From: Longivirga aurantiaca
GTDB taxonomy: Bacteria; Actinomycetota; Actinomycetes; S36-B12; CAIYMF01
Length of the DNA stretch: 32,000 nucleotides
Direction of reading: 5' to 3'
NCBI RefSeq assembly: GCF_042660085.1
Contig: NZ_JBHSTI010000002.1
Location: 1 to 32,000, forward strand
Shown: in pieces, positions 1 through 8,348 of the stretch
How the letters are laid out: each line of letters begins with the position of its first letter
How positions within the stretch are numbered: the stretch's first letter is position 1
Position numbers and translations under genes: made by a program
The notes under the pieces: model-generated
Databases searched by the model: none
The model's input: the letters and a program-made list of their open reading frames with translations, nothing else
What the model was told of the DNA's origin: nothing

Positions 1-449
1 TCGCGGTTCTGAGGGAGGCCCTGGGCGCCGAGGTGCCCGTCCTCGCCGTGTGCCGGGGCGCCCAGCTTCTCAACGTGGCGCTGGGGGGCACGCTGGTCCC
101 GCATCTCGACGATTCTCAGCACCTGCACCGCGGGGCCCGTGCGGACGATCTCTTCGTCGACGAGCACGTGGTCGTCGAGCCGGGGACCAGGCTCGCCGAG
201 CTGTTGGGCCACCGGGAGTGGACCGTGCGGGCGGCGCACCACCAAGCCGTCGACGTCGTCGCTCCCGAGCTGCGGCTGGCCGCGAGGTCGGTGGACGGCG
301 TGGTGGAGGCGGTGGAGCACCCGGACAAGTGGGCCTTCGGAATCCAGTGGCACCCGGAGGACGACGACGGCCACGGCCACGACCTCGCCCTGCTCTGGGG
401 CGCCCTGTGCCAGGAGGCGGGCCGCGCCCGCAACCTGTCGGAGCCGTGA
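1..449 (+). CDS. class I glutamine amidotransferase / peptidase C26 family (gamma-glutamyl-GABA hydrolase-like), 5' end outside window
   Basis: The frame is open from the window edge to the stop at 447-449. The translation has VPVLAVCRGAQLLNVALGG (nucleophile Cys), HHQAVD and GIQWHPE (His/Glu), which are typical of PuuD/C26 amidotransferases. Confidence 0.85.
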   Translation, partial: AVLREALGAEVPVLAVCRGAQLLNVALGGTLVPHLDDSQHLHRGARADDLFVDEHVVVEPGTRLAELLGHREWTVRAAHHQAVDVVAPELRLAARSVDGVVEAVEHPDKWAFGIQWHPEDDDGHGHDLALLWGALCQEAGRARNLSEP

Positions 450-511
450 GCCCGACGGCCCTCCGTCGAGCCGCCCCACCCGTCGCCCCACCCAGTTGCG
501 CAGGCCGCACG

Positions 512-1608
512 GTGATCGTGAGGGCGATCATGGCCAAGGAACCGGGTGGGCGAGCCGACGCTGCTCGGTCACTCGTGGGCGCCGTCCTCGGCGCTGAGGC
601 TCCGGCGGGTCACGCCTCGAGGACCGCCCCCATGAGCTCCAGCGTGGCGAGCATGCCGCAGTTGCCCCGCAGGGCCTTCGCGACGTAAGGGACCGGCTCC
701 CTGCCTGCGGGGCTTGTCGCGGTCTCGATAGCCAGGACCGCGTCGTACGTGCTCTCGACGCGCCTCGCCTCGCTCGAAGTCCCAGGTGGGCCGTCACGGC
801 GAGGGGAAGGCTCCAGCCACTCGGTGGACACGGTCACGACGTCGACCACGGCATCCGGCCATGTGCCAGCCGCGGCCTCCGTGCCTGGCGGCCTGACGAC
901 CTCGAAGTCCCACGACGGTGTCGTGGAGATGATCCGATAGATCAAAGTCGCCAAAGACATTGCGGTGAACGCAAGAACAGCGGCGATGATCAGTCTCAAG
1001 CAGGTCAGCGTGAACGCCCCTGACGACCTGCGCCAAGAGCTCCAGTCGCTGTCGAAGATGGTCCTGATCCACCGCTGCGCCGCGCTGCGGCTAGGGAAGG
1101 TCACGACCATCCTGGCCTCGACGAAGTGCACGCTGCGCTGCATCGCTCGACGCTGGGAGACGCCCACACTGAGATCTGTGAGCACGAGAAGCTCCTGGCC
1201 GAGCTCACAGCCCAAGCCGCACCTCAGCTGGCCAAGACGTTCGCCGCGGGACCCGACACTGCAGCCGAGATGCTCCTCGTCGCCTGCGACAACCCCGAGC
1301 GCGTCCGATCGGAGGCAGCATTCGCACGCCTCTGCGGCGTGGCTCCTATCCCCGCGTCCTCGGGCATGACCACCCGGCATCGACTCAACCGCGGCGGGCA
1401 CCGGCAGGCCAACGCCGCGCTCTATCGCGTCGTCATCGTGCGCATGCAACACCACGAACCGACCAAGGCCTACGTGGCCAGACGCACCGCTGAGGCCAAG
1501 ACCAAGTTCGAGATCATCCGCTGTCTCAAGCGGCTTCTGGCCCGCGAACTCTGGGCAGCCATGCGGCCCCTCCGCGAGGCCCGGCTCGAGGCCGGCCTCG
1601 CCGCTTGA
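512..1608 (+). pseudogene. IS110-family transposase, decayed (two in-frame stops and one frameshift)
   Basis: The C-terminal part (1126-1608) is clearly the IS110/IS116/IS902 transposase_20 domain: PERVRSEAAFARLCGVAPIPASSGMTTRHRLNRGGHRQANAALY...KFEIIRCLKRLLARELW. The upstream frame (965-~1160) gives ARTAAMISLKQVSVNAPDDLRQEL...RCAALRLG. Weaker similarity (GTGSLPAGL, LEVPGGPSRRGEG) runs back to about 512. That frame is broken by TAA at 686-688, TAG at 938-940 and a +/-1 shift near 1160. The N-terminal assignment rests on my recollection of family consensus, not on a search. Confidence 0.75.
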
Positions 1609-1623
1609 CGGCAAAAGGAGCAT

Positions 1624-1854
1624 CAACGCCTGATGGAGTGCGTGATCGGCCTGTTCAAGACTGAGTGCATCCGCACCACGGTCTTCCACCACGGCCCCTA
1701 CCAGAACGTCAGCGACGTCGAGCGGGCAACCGCTGGTTGGGTCGACTGGTTCAACAACAACTTTCGCCTGCACAATAGCCTCGACTACCTGACCCCCGAA
1801 GAGTTCGAGCAAGCCCACTACGCGGCCCTCAACCGAGAGCCGCAATCCGTATAG
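1624..1854 (+). pseudogene. IS3-family transposase OrfB, C-terminal fragment only
   Basis: The translation LMECVIGLFKTECIRTT...DVERATAGWVDWFNNNFRLHNSLDYLTPEEFEQAHY matches the conserved C-terminal end of IS3 rve-domain transposases (ES.IG..KTE.I ... WV.WYN..R.HS.LGY.TP.EFE). No upstream catalytic part is present. The fragment starts directly after the IS110 stop and is in the same frame. GC content is visibly lower than in flanking DNA. Confidence 0.8.
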
Positions 1855-1878
1855 GAGCGGCAGAGAACCTCGGGCGCT

Positions 1879-2154
1879 TCACCCTACTGAGGCCTTCCGT
1901 ACCGCCCCGTCATACGAGCGTCCTCGAAGCTCTGCGGCCGCCCACCGGCCCCAACTGTCCACGAGTGCAGTCGAAACCACGACTCGATGCCATCCAGTGG
2001 CGACTTCAAGCGCCTCTTGGATGTACTCCTGGCCGGACTTGTACGAGTCGGTCCAGACAAACAGGCGACCGAGAAGGAAGGCCGTGTCGCCACACGGCAC
2101 CTTCTCGTATCCTCCAAGCCCTCCGGAAACGCCACGGTCCTCGCAACTCCTCAA
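1879..2154 (-). CDS. possible small hypothetical protein or gene relic (start uncertain: TTG 2154 or GTG 2100)
   Basis: This is the only frame in 1855-2400 with a protein-like stretch (VPCGDTAFLLGRLFVWTDSYKSGQEYIQEALEVATGWHRVVV...). Third-position GC is only moderate, an overlapping plus-strand ORF scores similarly, and I recognise no family. Confidence 0.15.
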   Translation of the reverse strand: MRSCEDRGVSGGLGGYEKVPCGDTAFLLGRLFVWTDSYKSGQEYIQEALEVATGWHRVVVSTALVDSWGRWAAAELRGRSYDGAVRKASVG

Positions 2155-2413
2155 ATCGAGGTGTTGCGAGGACCGCGTGAACCCGCCTCGAGGTCGGGGC
2201 CGTCGTCGTTCGTCGGGCTTCCGGTCCCGCTGTTCTCGGCCCACCCGAACGAGGCCGTCGCCAGGCGATGCCGCGTGCGGAGGCCGAGCTGCGTCGGGCA
2301 CTCCACCCGGGTGCTTCCGCCTCTGCGCTCAGGAGCGGAGCGAGCTCGACGGGTCGACGTGTCGTCCCGCGGCGCTTCGGGCGCCGGCGCTGCGCCTCGG
2401 GTGCTAGCATTCG

Positions 2414-2435
2414 ATCAATCAATCGATTGATTGAT
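2414..2435. promoter_or_regulatory. perfect 22-bp palindrome ATCAATCAATCGATTGATTGAT, candidate TetR operator
   Basis: The sequence reads identically on both strands. It is AT-rich in a GC-rich background and lies 39 bp upstream of the TetR ATG (2474). It overlaps the likely promoter region. Confidence 0.5.
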
Positions 2436-2473
2436 GGCTGGTGAGGGGTCCGGGCGGGAGGAGGCACGGCGGG

Positions 2474-3130
2474 ATGAAGTCCGACGAGGTGCTCCGGGCC
2501 GCGGTGCTGCTGTTCGCGCGACAGGGTTACGCCGCGACGGGTATCCGTGAGATCGCGCGTGAGGTCGGCCTGAACTCCGCAACGCTGTACCACTACACGA
2601 ACGGCAAGGAGGGGCTGCTCGTCGCCGTCATGCAGAGCTGCCTCGACGAGCTCCTCCGCTCGACCGACGAGGCCCTCCGTCACAGCGGCGACCCGCAGGT
2701 GCAGCTCGGGCGGCTGATCCGGGCCCATGTCGGGCTCTCGGCCCTCAACCCGCTGTCCTCCCGTGTGACGGATCAGGCGTTCCGTTCCTTGGGGTCCGCC
2801 AACCGCGCATCGCTGCTGGTGCTGCGGGACAGCTACGAGTCGCAGCTGGGTGCCGTGATCGATGCCGGCGCCCGAGCCGGTCTCTTCGATGTCGCCGACC
2901 CTCGGCTCACCCGGCTGGCGATCCTCGAGATGTGCAACGGCGTCGCGAACTGGTACCGCCATGCCGGCCGCCTGCCGATGCGGGCCGTGCAGATGCAGTT
3001 CGTCGACTTCGGCTGCCGCCTCGTCGGTGCGCCGGCGATGGACGAGGCGGAGCTGGGCCCCGTGCAGACGCCGCACCTTCTTCGCTGCGAGCCGTACGCC
3101 CCACCCGACACGATGGAGGACCTGAGTTGA
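2474..3130 (+). CDS. TetR/AcrR-family transcriptional regulator
   Basis: The N-terminal HTH is LRAAVLLFARQGYAATGIREIAREVGLNSATLYHYTNGKEGLL. GGAGGAGG lies 9 nt upstream of ATG 2474; the alternative GTG 2441 is less likely. The stop is at 3128-3130. Confidence 0.9.
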   Translation: MKSDEVLRAAVLLFARQGYAATGIREIAREVGLNSATLYHYTNGKEGLLVAVMQSCLDELLRSTDEALRHSGDPQVQLGRLIRAHVGLSALNPLSSRVTDQAFRSLGSANRASLLVLRDSYESQLGAVIDAGARAGLFDVADPRLTRLAILEMCNGVANWYRHAGRLPMRAVQMQFVDFGCRLVGAPAMDEAELGPVQTPHLLRCEPYAPPDTMEDLS

Positions 3131-4008
3131 ACATCACCGATGCGCGCGTCCGACTCCCGCAGGACCGACGGACCAGTGCAAGCTACTCGGCTCCGGCCCG
3201 GCAGACGGAGCAGTACGACCGCGTCCTCGGGCTGACCGACAAGATGAACGGCGGCACGCTTTCCGGCCTGCTGAAGGAGATGGACGCCGTCGGCATCAGC
3301 CGCGCCGTGATGCATGCCGAGTCCGAAGGGGGCGAGGACGCCGATGCGCTCAACACCGCTCTGCGCTCCGTGCTCGACGAGCACCCCGACCGGTTCGTGG
3401 GCGTGGGCTGCGTCGACGTGACCCTGTCCTCGCCGACCGCGATCGCGGCGCAGGCCGCGCGCGCGCAGGACCTCGGGCTGCTGGGGGTGTCGTTCCAGCC
3501 TGCATTCTTCGGCCTCGACATCGACGACCGCCGTCTCTACCCGCTCTACTCCAGGGCAGAGGAGGTCGGCCTCGTCGTCGCCGTCCACACGGGGATCAAC
3601 TACAGCCGCCTGCACCCGATCAAGCACGAGCGCGCGGAGAACCTCGATCAGGTCGCCTGCGACTTCCCCGACCTGCGGCTCATCGCCTGCCACGCGGGCT
3701 GGCCCTGGGTGACCGAGTTCGCGGCTGTTGCGCGGCGCCATCCGACCGTCTTCCTCGAGTACGGCGCCATCGCACCCAAGTACGTCGCGAAGCCCGGCAC
3801 GGGTTGGGATGTCCAGTTCGCCATGATGGCTAACGTCCTTCGGGATCAGGTGCTCTACGGGAGCGATTGGCCGATGATCAGCCCGAGCCGGGCCGTGCAG
3901 GAATGGCGGGACTCCGGTCTGCCGGACGCGGCGCTGGAGGCGCTGCTCTCGCGCAACGCCGAGCGGCTCTTCGGTCTTGAGGGCGGCGGCGTGGGACTGC
4001 CGACGTGA
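3127..4008 (+). CDS. amidohydrolase-2 (PF04909-like, ACMSD/LigI-type TIM-barrel) family protein
   Basis: Family-typical motifs are present: VAVHTG, LIACHAGWPW, LYGSDWP and SRNAERLFGL. The proposed TTG start at 3127 overlaps the TetR stop (TTGA). The next in-frame ATG is at 3244. Confidence 0.85.
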   Translation: MNITDARVRLPQDRRTSASYSAPARQTEQYDRVLGLTDKMNGGTLSGLLKEMDAVGISRAVMHAESEGGEDADALNTALRSVLDEHPDRFVGVGCVDVTLSSPTAIAAQAARAQDLGLLGVSFQPAFFGLDIDDRRLYPLYSRAEEVGLVVAVHTGINYSRLHPIKHERAENLDQVACDFPDLRLIACHAGWPWVTEFAAVARRHPTVFLEYGAIAPKYVAKPGTGWDVQFAMMANVLRDQVLYGSDWPMISPSRAVQEWRDSGLPDAALEALLSRNAERLFGLEGGGVGLPT

Positions 4009-5525
4009 CCCTGACCCTGTCCTCGCAGCTCCGTACGGCAGCGGAGGACTCCTCGGACAGGGTGTTCATCCGAACCATGGGCGAGGAGCTCACCTACGCC
4101 GAGACGTGGACCCGCGTGCGGGTGCGCGCCGGGCAGCTCCGGGAGGCCGGGATCCGGCGCGGGGACTCCGTGGCAGTTGTCATGGACAACAGCGCCGATC
4201 AGATCGTGATCTGGTTCGCCCTGAATGCCCTGGGTGCCCTGCATGCAGCGCTCAACACCGCGTTCACCGACGCACGGCTGGCGCACAACCTCAGGGTCTC
4301 GAAGGCGTCGTGGGTGCTGGCCGACGACCAGTTCCTGGCAGACGTCCAGAACGTCATCGGGACACATGAGCTGCCCGCGCGCGTGATCCCCTCAAGTGCC
4401 GTCGGCTCGCTGCCGGGGGCGCCGGTGGACGAGGCGGAGCAGGTCGACGACCTGGCCACGGCCACCCTTCTGTTCACCTCGGGCACCACGGGCGCGTCGA
4501 AGGCGTGCGCCCTGTCCAACCGCTACCTGGTCCGGGCCGGCCGGCTGCACGTGACGTACCTTGGGCTGACGTCCGACGACGTCCTCTACAGCCCCTTCCC
4601 TCTCTTCCACATAGACGCAGCGACCCTCACGGTGTCGGCCGCCCTGGCGGCCCGAGCGACAGCGGCGATCGGGCTGCGGTTCAGCGCCTCACGGTTCTGG
4701 GACGAGGTGCGGGCCATGGACGCCACCGTCTTCAACTTCATGGGCGCCACGCTGACGATCCTGTGGAAGCGCGACCCCGACCCGCGCGACAGCGACCATC
4801 GGGTCCGGCTCGCCTGGGGCGTGCCGATCCCCGAGTGGAAGGCCGAGTTCGAGCACCGGTTCGGGTTCCCGCTGTTCCAGGTCTACGGGCTGACCGATGG
4901 AGGACTTCCCGCCTACGACCCCGTCGACGGCTCGCAGCGGCCGGGGTTCGCCGGGCGCGTGATCCCCGAGTACGAGGTGCGCATCGACACCGCCGCGCGA
5001 CGGCACGGCGCCCCCGAGGGCGTGGGCGAGATCCTCATGCGCTCCCGGGAGCCGGGCCTGATGATGAACGGGTACTTCGGGGACCCCGCAGCGACCGAGA
5101 AGGCGATCGTGGACGGGTGGCTGCGAACGGGCGACCTCGGGCTGCTCGATGGTGACGGCTATCTGGCCTTCCACGGTCGTCTGACGGACTCTATCCGGCG
5201 TCGAGGCGAGAACATCTCCGCCTTCGAGGTCGAAGAGCTCGTCGGAGCCCACCCGGACGTGGTCGAGGTCGCCGCGGTCGGTGTGGCCAGCGACCTGACC
5301 GAGGAGGACGTGCAGGTGTGGGTCGTTGCGCGCCAGGGCAGCGGACTCACGGCCGAGACCCTCCACCGCGATCTGGCCGAACGTGGACCCCGCTACCTCG
5401 TTCCCCGCTACTACGCGTTCGTGCCGGCCCTCCCGAAGACGCCGACGGAAAAGGTGGAGAAGTTCGAGCTGCGGTCAGCGGGCACGAGCACGTCGTGGGA
5501 CTCCGAGGCCACCAGCGGCGACTAG
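4005..5525 (+). CDS. AMP-dependent acyl-CoA synthetase/ligase (CaiC/FadD-like adenylate-forming enzyme)
   Basis: Motifs found are LLFTSGTTGASK (A3 P-loop), YGLTDGG, GWLRTGDLG, RRGENISAFEVEE and PKTPTEKVEK. The GTG start at 4005 overlaps the amidohydrolase stop (GTGA). Confidence 0.92.
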   Translation: MTLTLSSQLRTAAEDSSDRVFIRTMGEELTYAETWTRVRVRAGQLREAGIRRGDSVAVVMDNSADQIVIWFALNALGALHAALNTAFTDARLAHNLRVSKASWVLADDQFLADVQNVIGTHELPARVIPSSAVGSLPGAPVDEAEQVDDLATATLLFTSGTTGASKACALSNRYLVRAGRLHVTYLGLTSDDVLYSPFPLFHIDAATLTVSAALAARATAAIGLRFSASRFWDEVRAMDATVFNFMGATLTILWKRDPDPRDSDHRVRLAWGVPIPEWKAEFEHRFGFPLFQVYGLTDGGLPAYDPVDGSQRPGFAGRVIPEYEVRIDTAARRHGAPEGVGEILMRSREPGLMMNGYFGDPAATEKAIVDGWLRTGDLGLLDGDGYLAFHGRLTDSIRRRGENISAFEVEELVGAHPDVVEVAAVGVASDLTEEDVQVWVVARQGSGLTAETLHRDLAERGPRYLVPRYYAFVPALPKTPTEKVEKFELRSAGTSTSWDSEATSGD

Positions 5526-5589
5526 CCTCGATCTATCGCGCGGGGTCTGATCTGGTGGCGTGACACGGGTCTTGAAAGCACGGAAGTGC

Positions 5590-6225
5590 CTGTCCTGGTT
5601 GGGAAACTACTGATTGTCGAGGTCAGCAAACTCCCAGCGAGGAAGGCACTCCGTAGGTGAAGAATAGCCGCCGGGTCGTCCCGGTCGTCATGGACGCGTC
5701 GAACGAGTCGCTGATCTCCTCCGCGGGCGGGTCGCTGTTGCTAGCCACAGCTCGGGCGACGGCCTGGATCGGGCGCTGTCGGCGGGGTTGGCTCCGTGGC
5801 GGGTACCGCGGGCGGTCCGCGACCCGGGCAAGGTGATCCCTGATCTCGCGGTCGCGTTGGCCCTGGGCGGGGACTGTCTCGCGGATGTCGCGGCCCTGCG
5901 TGCCCAGCCGACACTGTTCGGTGCGGTCGCCTCGGATCCGACGGTGCCGCGCAAGCAAGCCCATCCCTGTCCCCCGCGACATCAGGTTCTGGTGACGGGC
6001 TCGAAGCCACGACCCCGGTCATGCGCCCGGCACCGCCAATCACATGCCCACCCGCGTCCTGCACGCCGCCACCGACCAATACCCAGGAGCGTTAGCCGCT
6101 CGCCCGCGCGTGGACCGCGTGGGCTCCCCGTGGGCTAAGCCATGGCCAATAGCGGCCAAAGAAGGCCAGCAGAGGGCAAGAGGCTGTTGGGTGAGCTTCC
6201 CGGAACCCTTGCAGGACATAGAATC
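5590..6225 (+). mobile_element. internally deleted IS1380-family element remnant (boundaries approximate)
   Basis: It holds the N-terminal transposase fragment above. A weak C-terminal-like stretch (RVLHAA...SPWAKPW, about 6050-6170) also lies inside. The putative ends share an imperfect TGTCCTG-containing core, near 5601-5620 and in reverse complement near 6205-6222. The ends are not firmly defined. Confidence 0.35.
5657..5950 (+). pseudogene. IS1380-family transposase, N-terminal fragment with a frameshift
   Basis: The stretch VVMDASNESLISSAGGSLLLATARA is followed, after a shift near 5760, by GLDRALSAGLAPWRVPRAVRDPGKVIPDLAVALALGGDCLADVAALRAQPTLFGAVASDPTVPR. This matches the highly conserved N-terminus of actinobacterial IS1380 transposases (HDPGK...GGDCLAD...LR..P.LFG.VASDPTVSR). 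Homology stops near 5950. Confidence 0.8.
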
Positions 6226-6232
6226 TGTGGGG

Positions 6233-6303
6233 AGCGGGTGACGGGAATCGAACCCGCACTGTCAGCTTGGGAAGCTGATGTTCTGCCATTGAACTACACC
6301 CGC
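6233..6303 (-). tRNA. tRNA-Gly (anticodon CCC)
   Basis: The reverse complement GCGGGTGTAGTTCAATGGCAGAACATCAGCTTCCCAAGCTGACAGTGCGGGTTCGATTCCCGTCACCCGCT folds as a 71-nt cloverleaf. It has a 7-bp acceptor stem, a GTTC/GAAC D stem, a TCAGC/GCTGA anticodon stem with loop TTCCCAA, and a GGTTCGATTCC T arm. CCA is not encoded. Confidence 0.95.
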
Positions 6304-6482
6304 GGAGCGGTGCTCGTCGGCCATTATGCCCGAGCCCACGGCCCTGTCCCCAACGGCCTCCGCACCCGGCCCGTGCCTCCGCCCGTTTCTCGATGAGGGT
6401 GCCCCCGCGGACCTCAGAGGCCCTCATGCTTCCCCAGCGATCCGTCACCTGCCCCGCTGGGAGCGCCTGGGACACTGGCCGC

Positions 6483-7676
6483 ATGCCCGACCGCAGCATC
6501 ACCGCAGACCTGGGCCTGACCGAGGCGCTGCAGGCGCGCACCCGCGGTTTCGGCAGCTTCACCATGCTGCTGCGCGTCGCCATCGCGACGACCGTGTCGT
6601 ACCTCGTGGCGCAGCGGTTCTCGCAGTCGGTCCTGCCGATCTTCGCCCCGGCGACGACGCTGCTCGTGGTCCAGTCGAGCGCCTTCAGCACCCTCGGCAT
6701 GCTGGCCCAGCGGGTGCTCGGCACCGGTCTCGGCGTCGCGGCCGCGACCCTCTACGTGACGTACGTCCCCGTCACGTGGTGGTCGGTGTTCCTCGCGGTC
6801 ATGGCCGCGCTGCTGGTCTCGCGCGCGCTCCCGGTCGGCCTGGTCGGCCAGCTGCAGCTGCCCGTCGCCGTCGTGTTCGTCCTCGCGCTCGGCCCGGGCG
6901 ACCTCACGACCGACCTGTGGCGGGTGGCCGACGTCGTCATCGGCGGGATCATCGGCGTCCTCGCCGTGTTCGTGGCGCCGCCGCGGCCGAAGGTGGCCGA
7001 GGCCCGGGCCGCGGTCGACGCGTACCTCGTCGACATCGCGGCGCTGATCCGGACGGTGGCCGACGGCATCGGCAGGCCCGACCTCGTCCTGCCCCCACGT
7101 GCCCGGCATCCCTTCATCGGCGACGCCCGCGCTCTGCTCGGCCACGTCGGCACGGTGTCCGAGGCCGTGGCCGAGGGGATGGAGTCGGTTCGGTTCAACC
7201 CGCGCGCGCGGTCGCTGCAGGGCGAGCTCGAGGACGTCGCGAAGCGCCGCCTCTGGGCCACGGTCCTCGCCACGCAGGCGCGCGCTCTCGCCGGGTCGGC
7301 CGACCGCCTCTACGACCGCGACAGCACGCCGCCGGCGCTGCCCGCGGCAACCCTCGCCGCGCTGATGCACGACCTCGCCGACCTGCTCGACCGGGTGGCC
7401 GCGGACGGTGTGGATGCGCAGAGCGAGGCTGCCAACCAGGCCCTCGCCGACAGGCTGCGCGGCGCCGTCGCGGCCACCACCGACCACCGCGAGGTCGTCG
7501 ACGTGCTCGACAGCGTGACGGTGCTCGGACGCGTCGACCAGATCCGCACGCTGATCGGGCACGGCCCGTGGGCCGAGGACCCGTTCGACCACGATGCCAA
7601 CGAGCTCGCGGGTGGGGATCCCGAGGACGCGCTCAGCCCCGGCGAGCGGCTGCGCCGCCTCGTCCGCCGCGACTGA
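6483..7676 (+). CDS. FUSC / aromatic-acid-exporter (ArAE)-like integral membrane protein
   Basis: The N-terminal half is hydrophobic ([17 protein letters not shown]...[13 protein letters not shown]...[10 protein letters not shown]...[13 protein letters not shown]). A soluble helical C-terminal half follows. ATG 6483 is preferred over the upstream ORF start at 6393. Confidence 0.7.
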   Translation: MPDRSITADLGLTEALQARTRGFGSFTMLLRVAIATTVSYLVAQRFSQSVLPIFAPATTLLVVQSSAFSTLGMLAQRVLGTGLGVAAATLYVTYVPVTWWSVFLAVMAALLVSRALPVGLVGQLQLPVAVVFVLALGPGDLTTDLWRVADVVIGGIIGVLAVFVAPPRPKVAEARAAVDAYLVDIAALIRTVADGIGRPDLVLPPRARHPFIGDARALLGHVGTVSEAVAEGMESVRFNPRARSLQGELEDVAKRRLWATVLATQARALAGSADRLYDRDSTPPALPAATLAALMHDLADLLDRVAADGVDAQSEAANQALADRLRGAVAATTDHREVVDVLDSVTVLGRVDQIRTLIGHGPWAEDPFDHDANELAGGDPEDALSPGERLRRLVRRD

Positions 7677-7752
7677 CCCCTCCACGCCCGGGGTGCCGCC
7701 GCGGCGGGGCCGCCCGGTAGCCTCCGGGGCAGTAGGAGCCCCTGGAGGAACT

Positions 7753-8328
7753 GTGCTGCTGTCGGACCGCGACATCCGCGCCGAGCTGGCGTCCGGACGT
7801 GTCGTCCTCGAGCCCTTCGAGGAGGCGATGGTCCAGCCGTCGAGCGTCGACGTGCGCATCGACAAGTTCTTCCGCGTCTTCGAGAACCACCGCTACCCGC
7901 ACATCGACCCCGCGGAGGAGCAGCCCGACCTCACGCGCATGGTCGAGCCCGAGGTGGGCGAGCCGTTCATCCTGCACCCGGGCGAGTTCGTCCTGGCCTC
8001 GACGTACGAGGTCGTCACGCTGCCCGACGACATCGCCGGCCGTCTCGAGGGCAAGTCGTCCCTCGGCCGCCTCGGCCTGCTCACGCACTCCACCGCGGGC
8101 TTCATCGACCCCGGCTTCTCAGGCCACGTGACGCTCGAGCTGTCGAACGTCGCGACCCTCCCGATCAAGCTGTGGCCAGGCATGAAGATCGGCCAGCTGT
8201 GCCTGTTCCGCCTGTCGTCGCCGGCCGAGCACCCCTACGGCTCCGCGCAGTACGGCTCGCGCTACCAGGGCCAGCGCGGCCCGACGCCGTCCAAGAGCCA
8301 CCTCAACTTCCACCGCACCGAGATCTAG
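7753..8328 (+). CDS. dcd: dCTP deaminase (possibly the dUMP-forming bifunctional type known from mycobacteria)
   Basis: The translation is [12 protein letters not shown]...[10 protein letters not shown]...[34 protein letters not shown]...[11 protein letters not shown] 7753 is preceded by GGAGGA at 7745-7750. Confidence 0.95.
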   Translation: MLLSDRDIRAELASGRVVLEPFEEAMVQPSSVDVRIDKFFRVFENHRYPHIDPAEEQPDLTRMVEPEVGEPFILHPGEFVLASTYEVVTLPDDIAGRLEGKSSLGRLGLLTHSTAGFIDPGFSGHVTLELSNVATLPIKLWPGMKIGQLCLFRLSSPAEHPYGSAQYGSRYQGQRGPTPSKSHLNFHRTEI

Positions 8329-8348
8329 CGATCGTCCAGCACGACTGA

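Noticed and set aside
610-1845. 411-aa minus-strand ORF, including a tempting 116-aa sub-ORF (610-960) with high third-position GC
   Set aside because: It runs exactly antisense to the IS110 and IS3 transposase remnants. Across 610-1160 its third codon positions coincide with those of the plus-strand IS110 frame. That is the classic high-GC antisense artefact. It has no recognisable motifs.
2006-3076. 356-aa minus-strand ORF
   Set aside because: It is antisense to the well-supported TetR gene. The translation is Arg/Pro/Ala-rich with no domain.
450-6232. Direct repeat of the tRNA-Gly 3' half that would mark an att site at the far island border
   Set aside because: I could not find a copy of GGGAATCGAACCCGC or neighbouring tRNA sequence elsewhere in the segment by eye. 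The island boundary therefore remains inferred, and this needs a computed repeat search.
6326-7865. 464-aa plus-strand and 483-aa minus-strand ORFs overlapping the FUSC-like gene
   Set aside because: These are off-frame or antisense to a gene with a clear membrane-protein translation. Their translations are Arg/Pro/Gly low-complexity strings.
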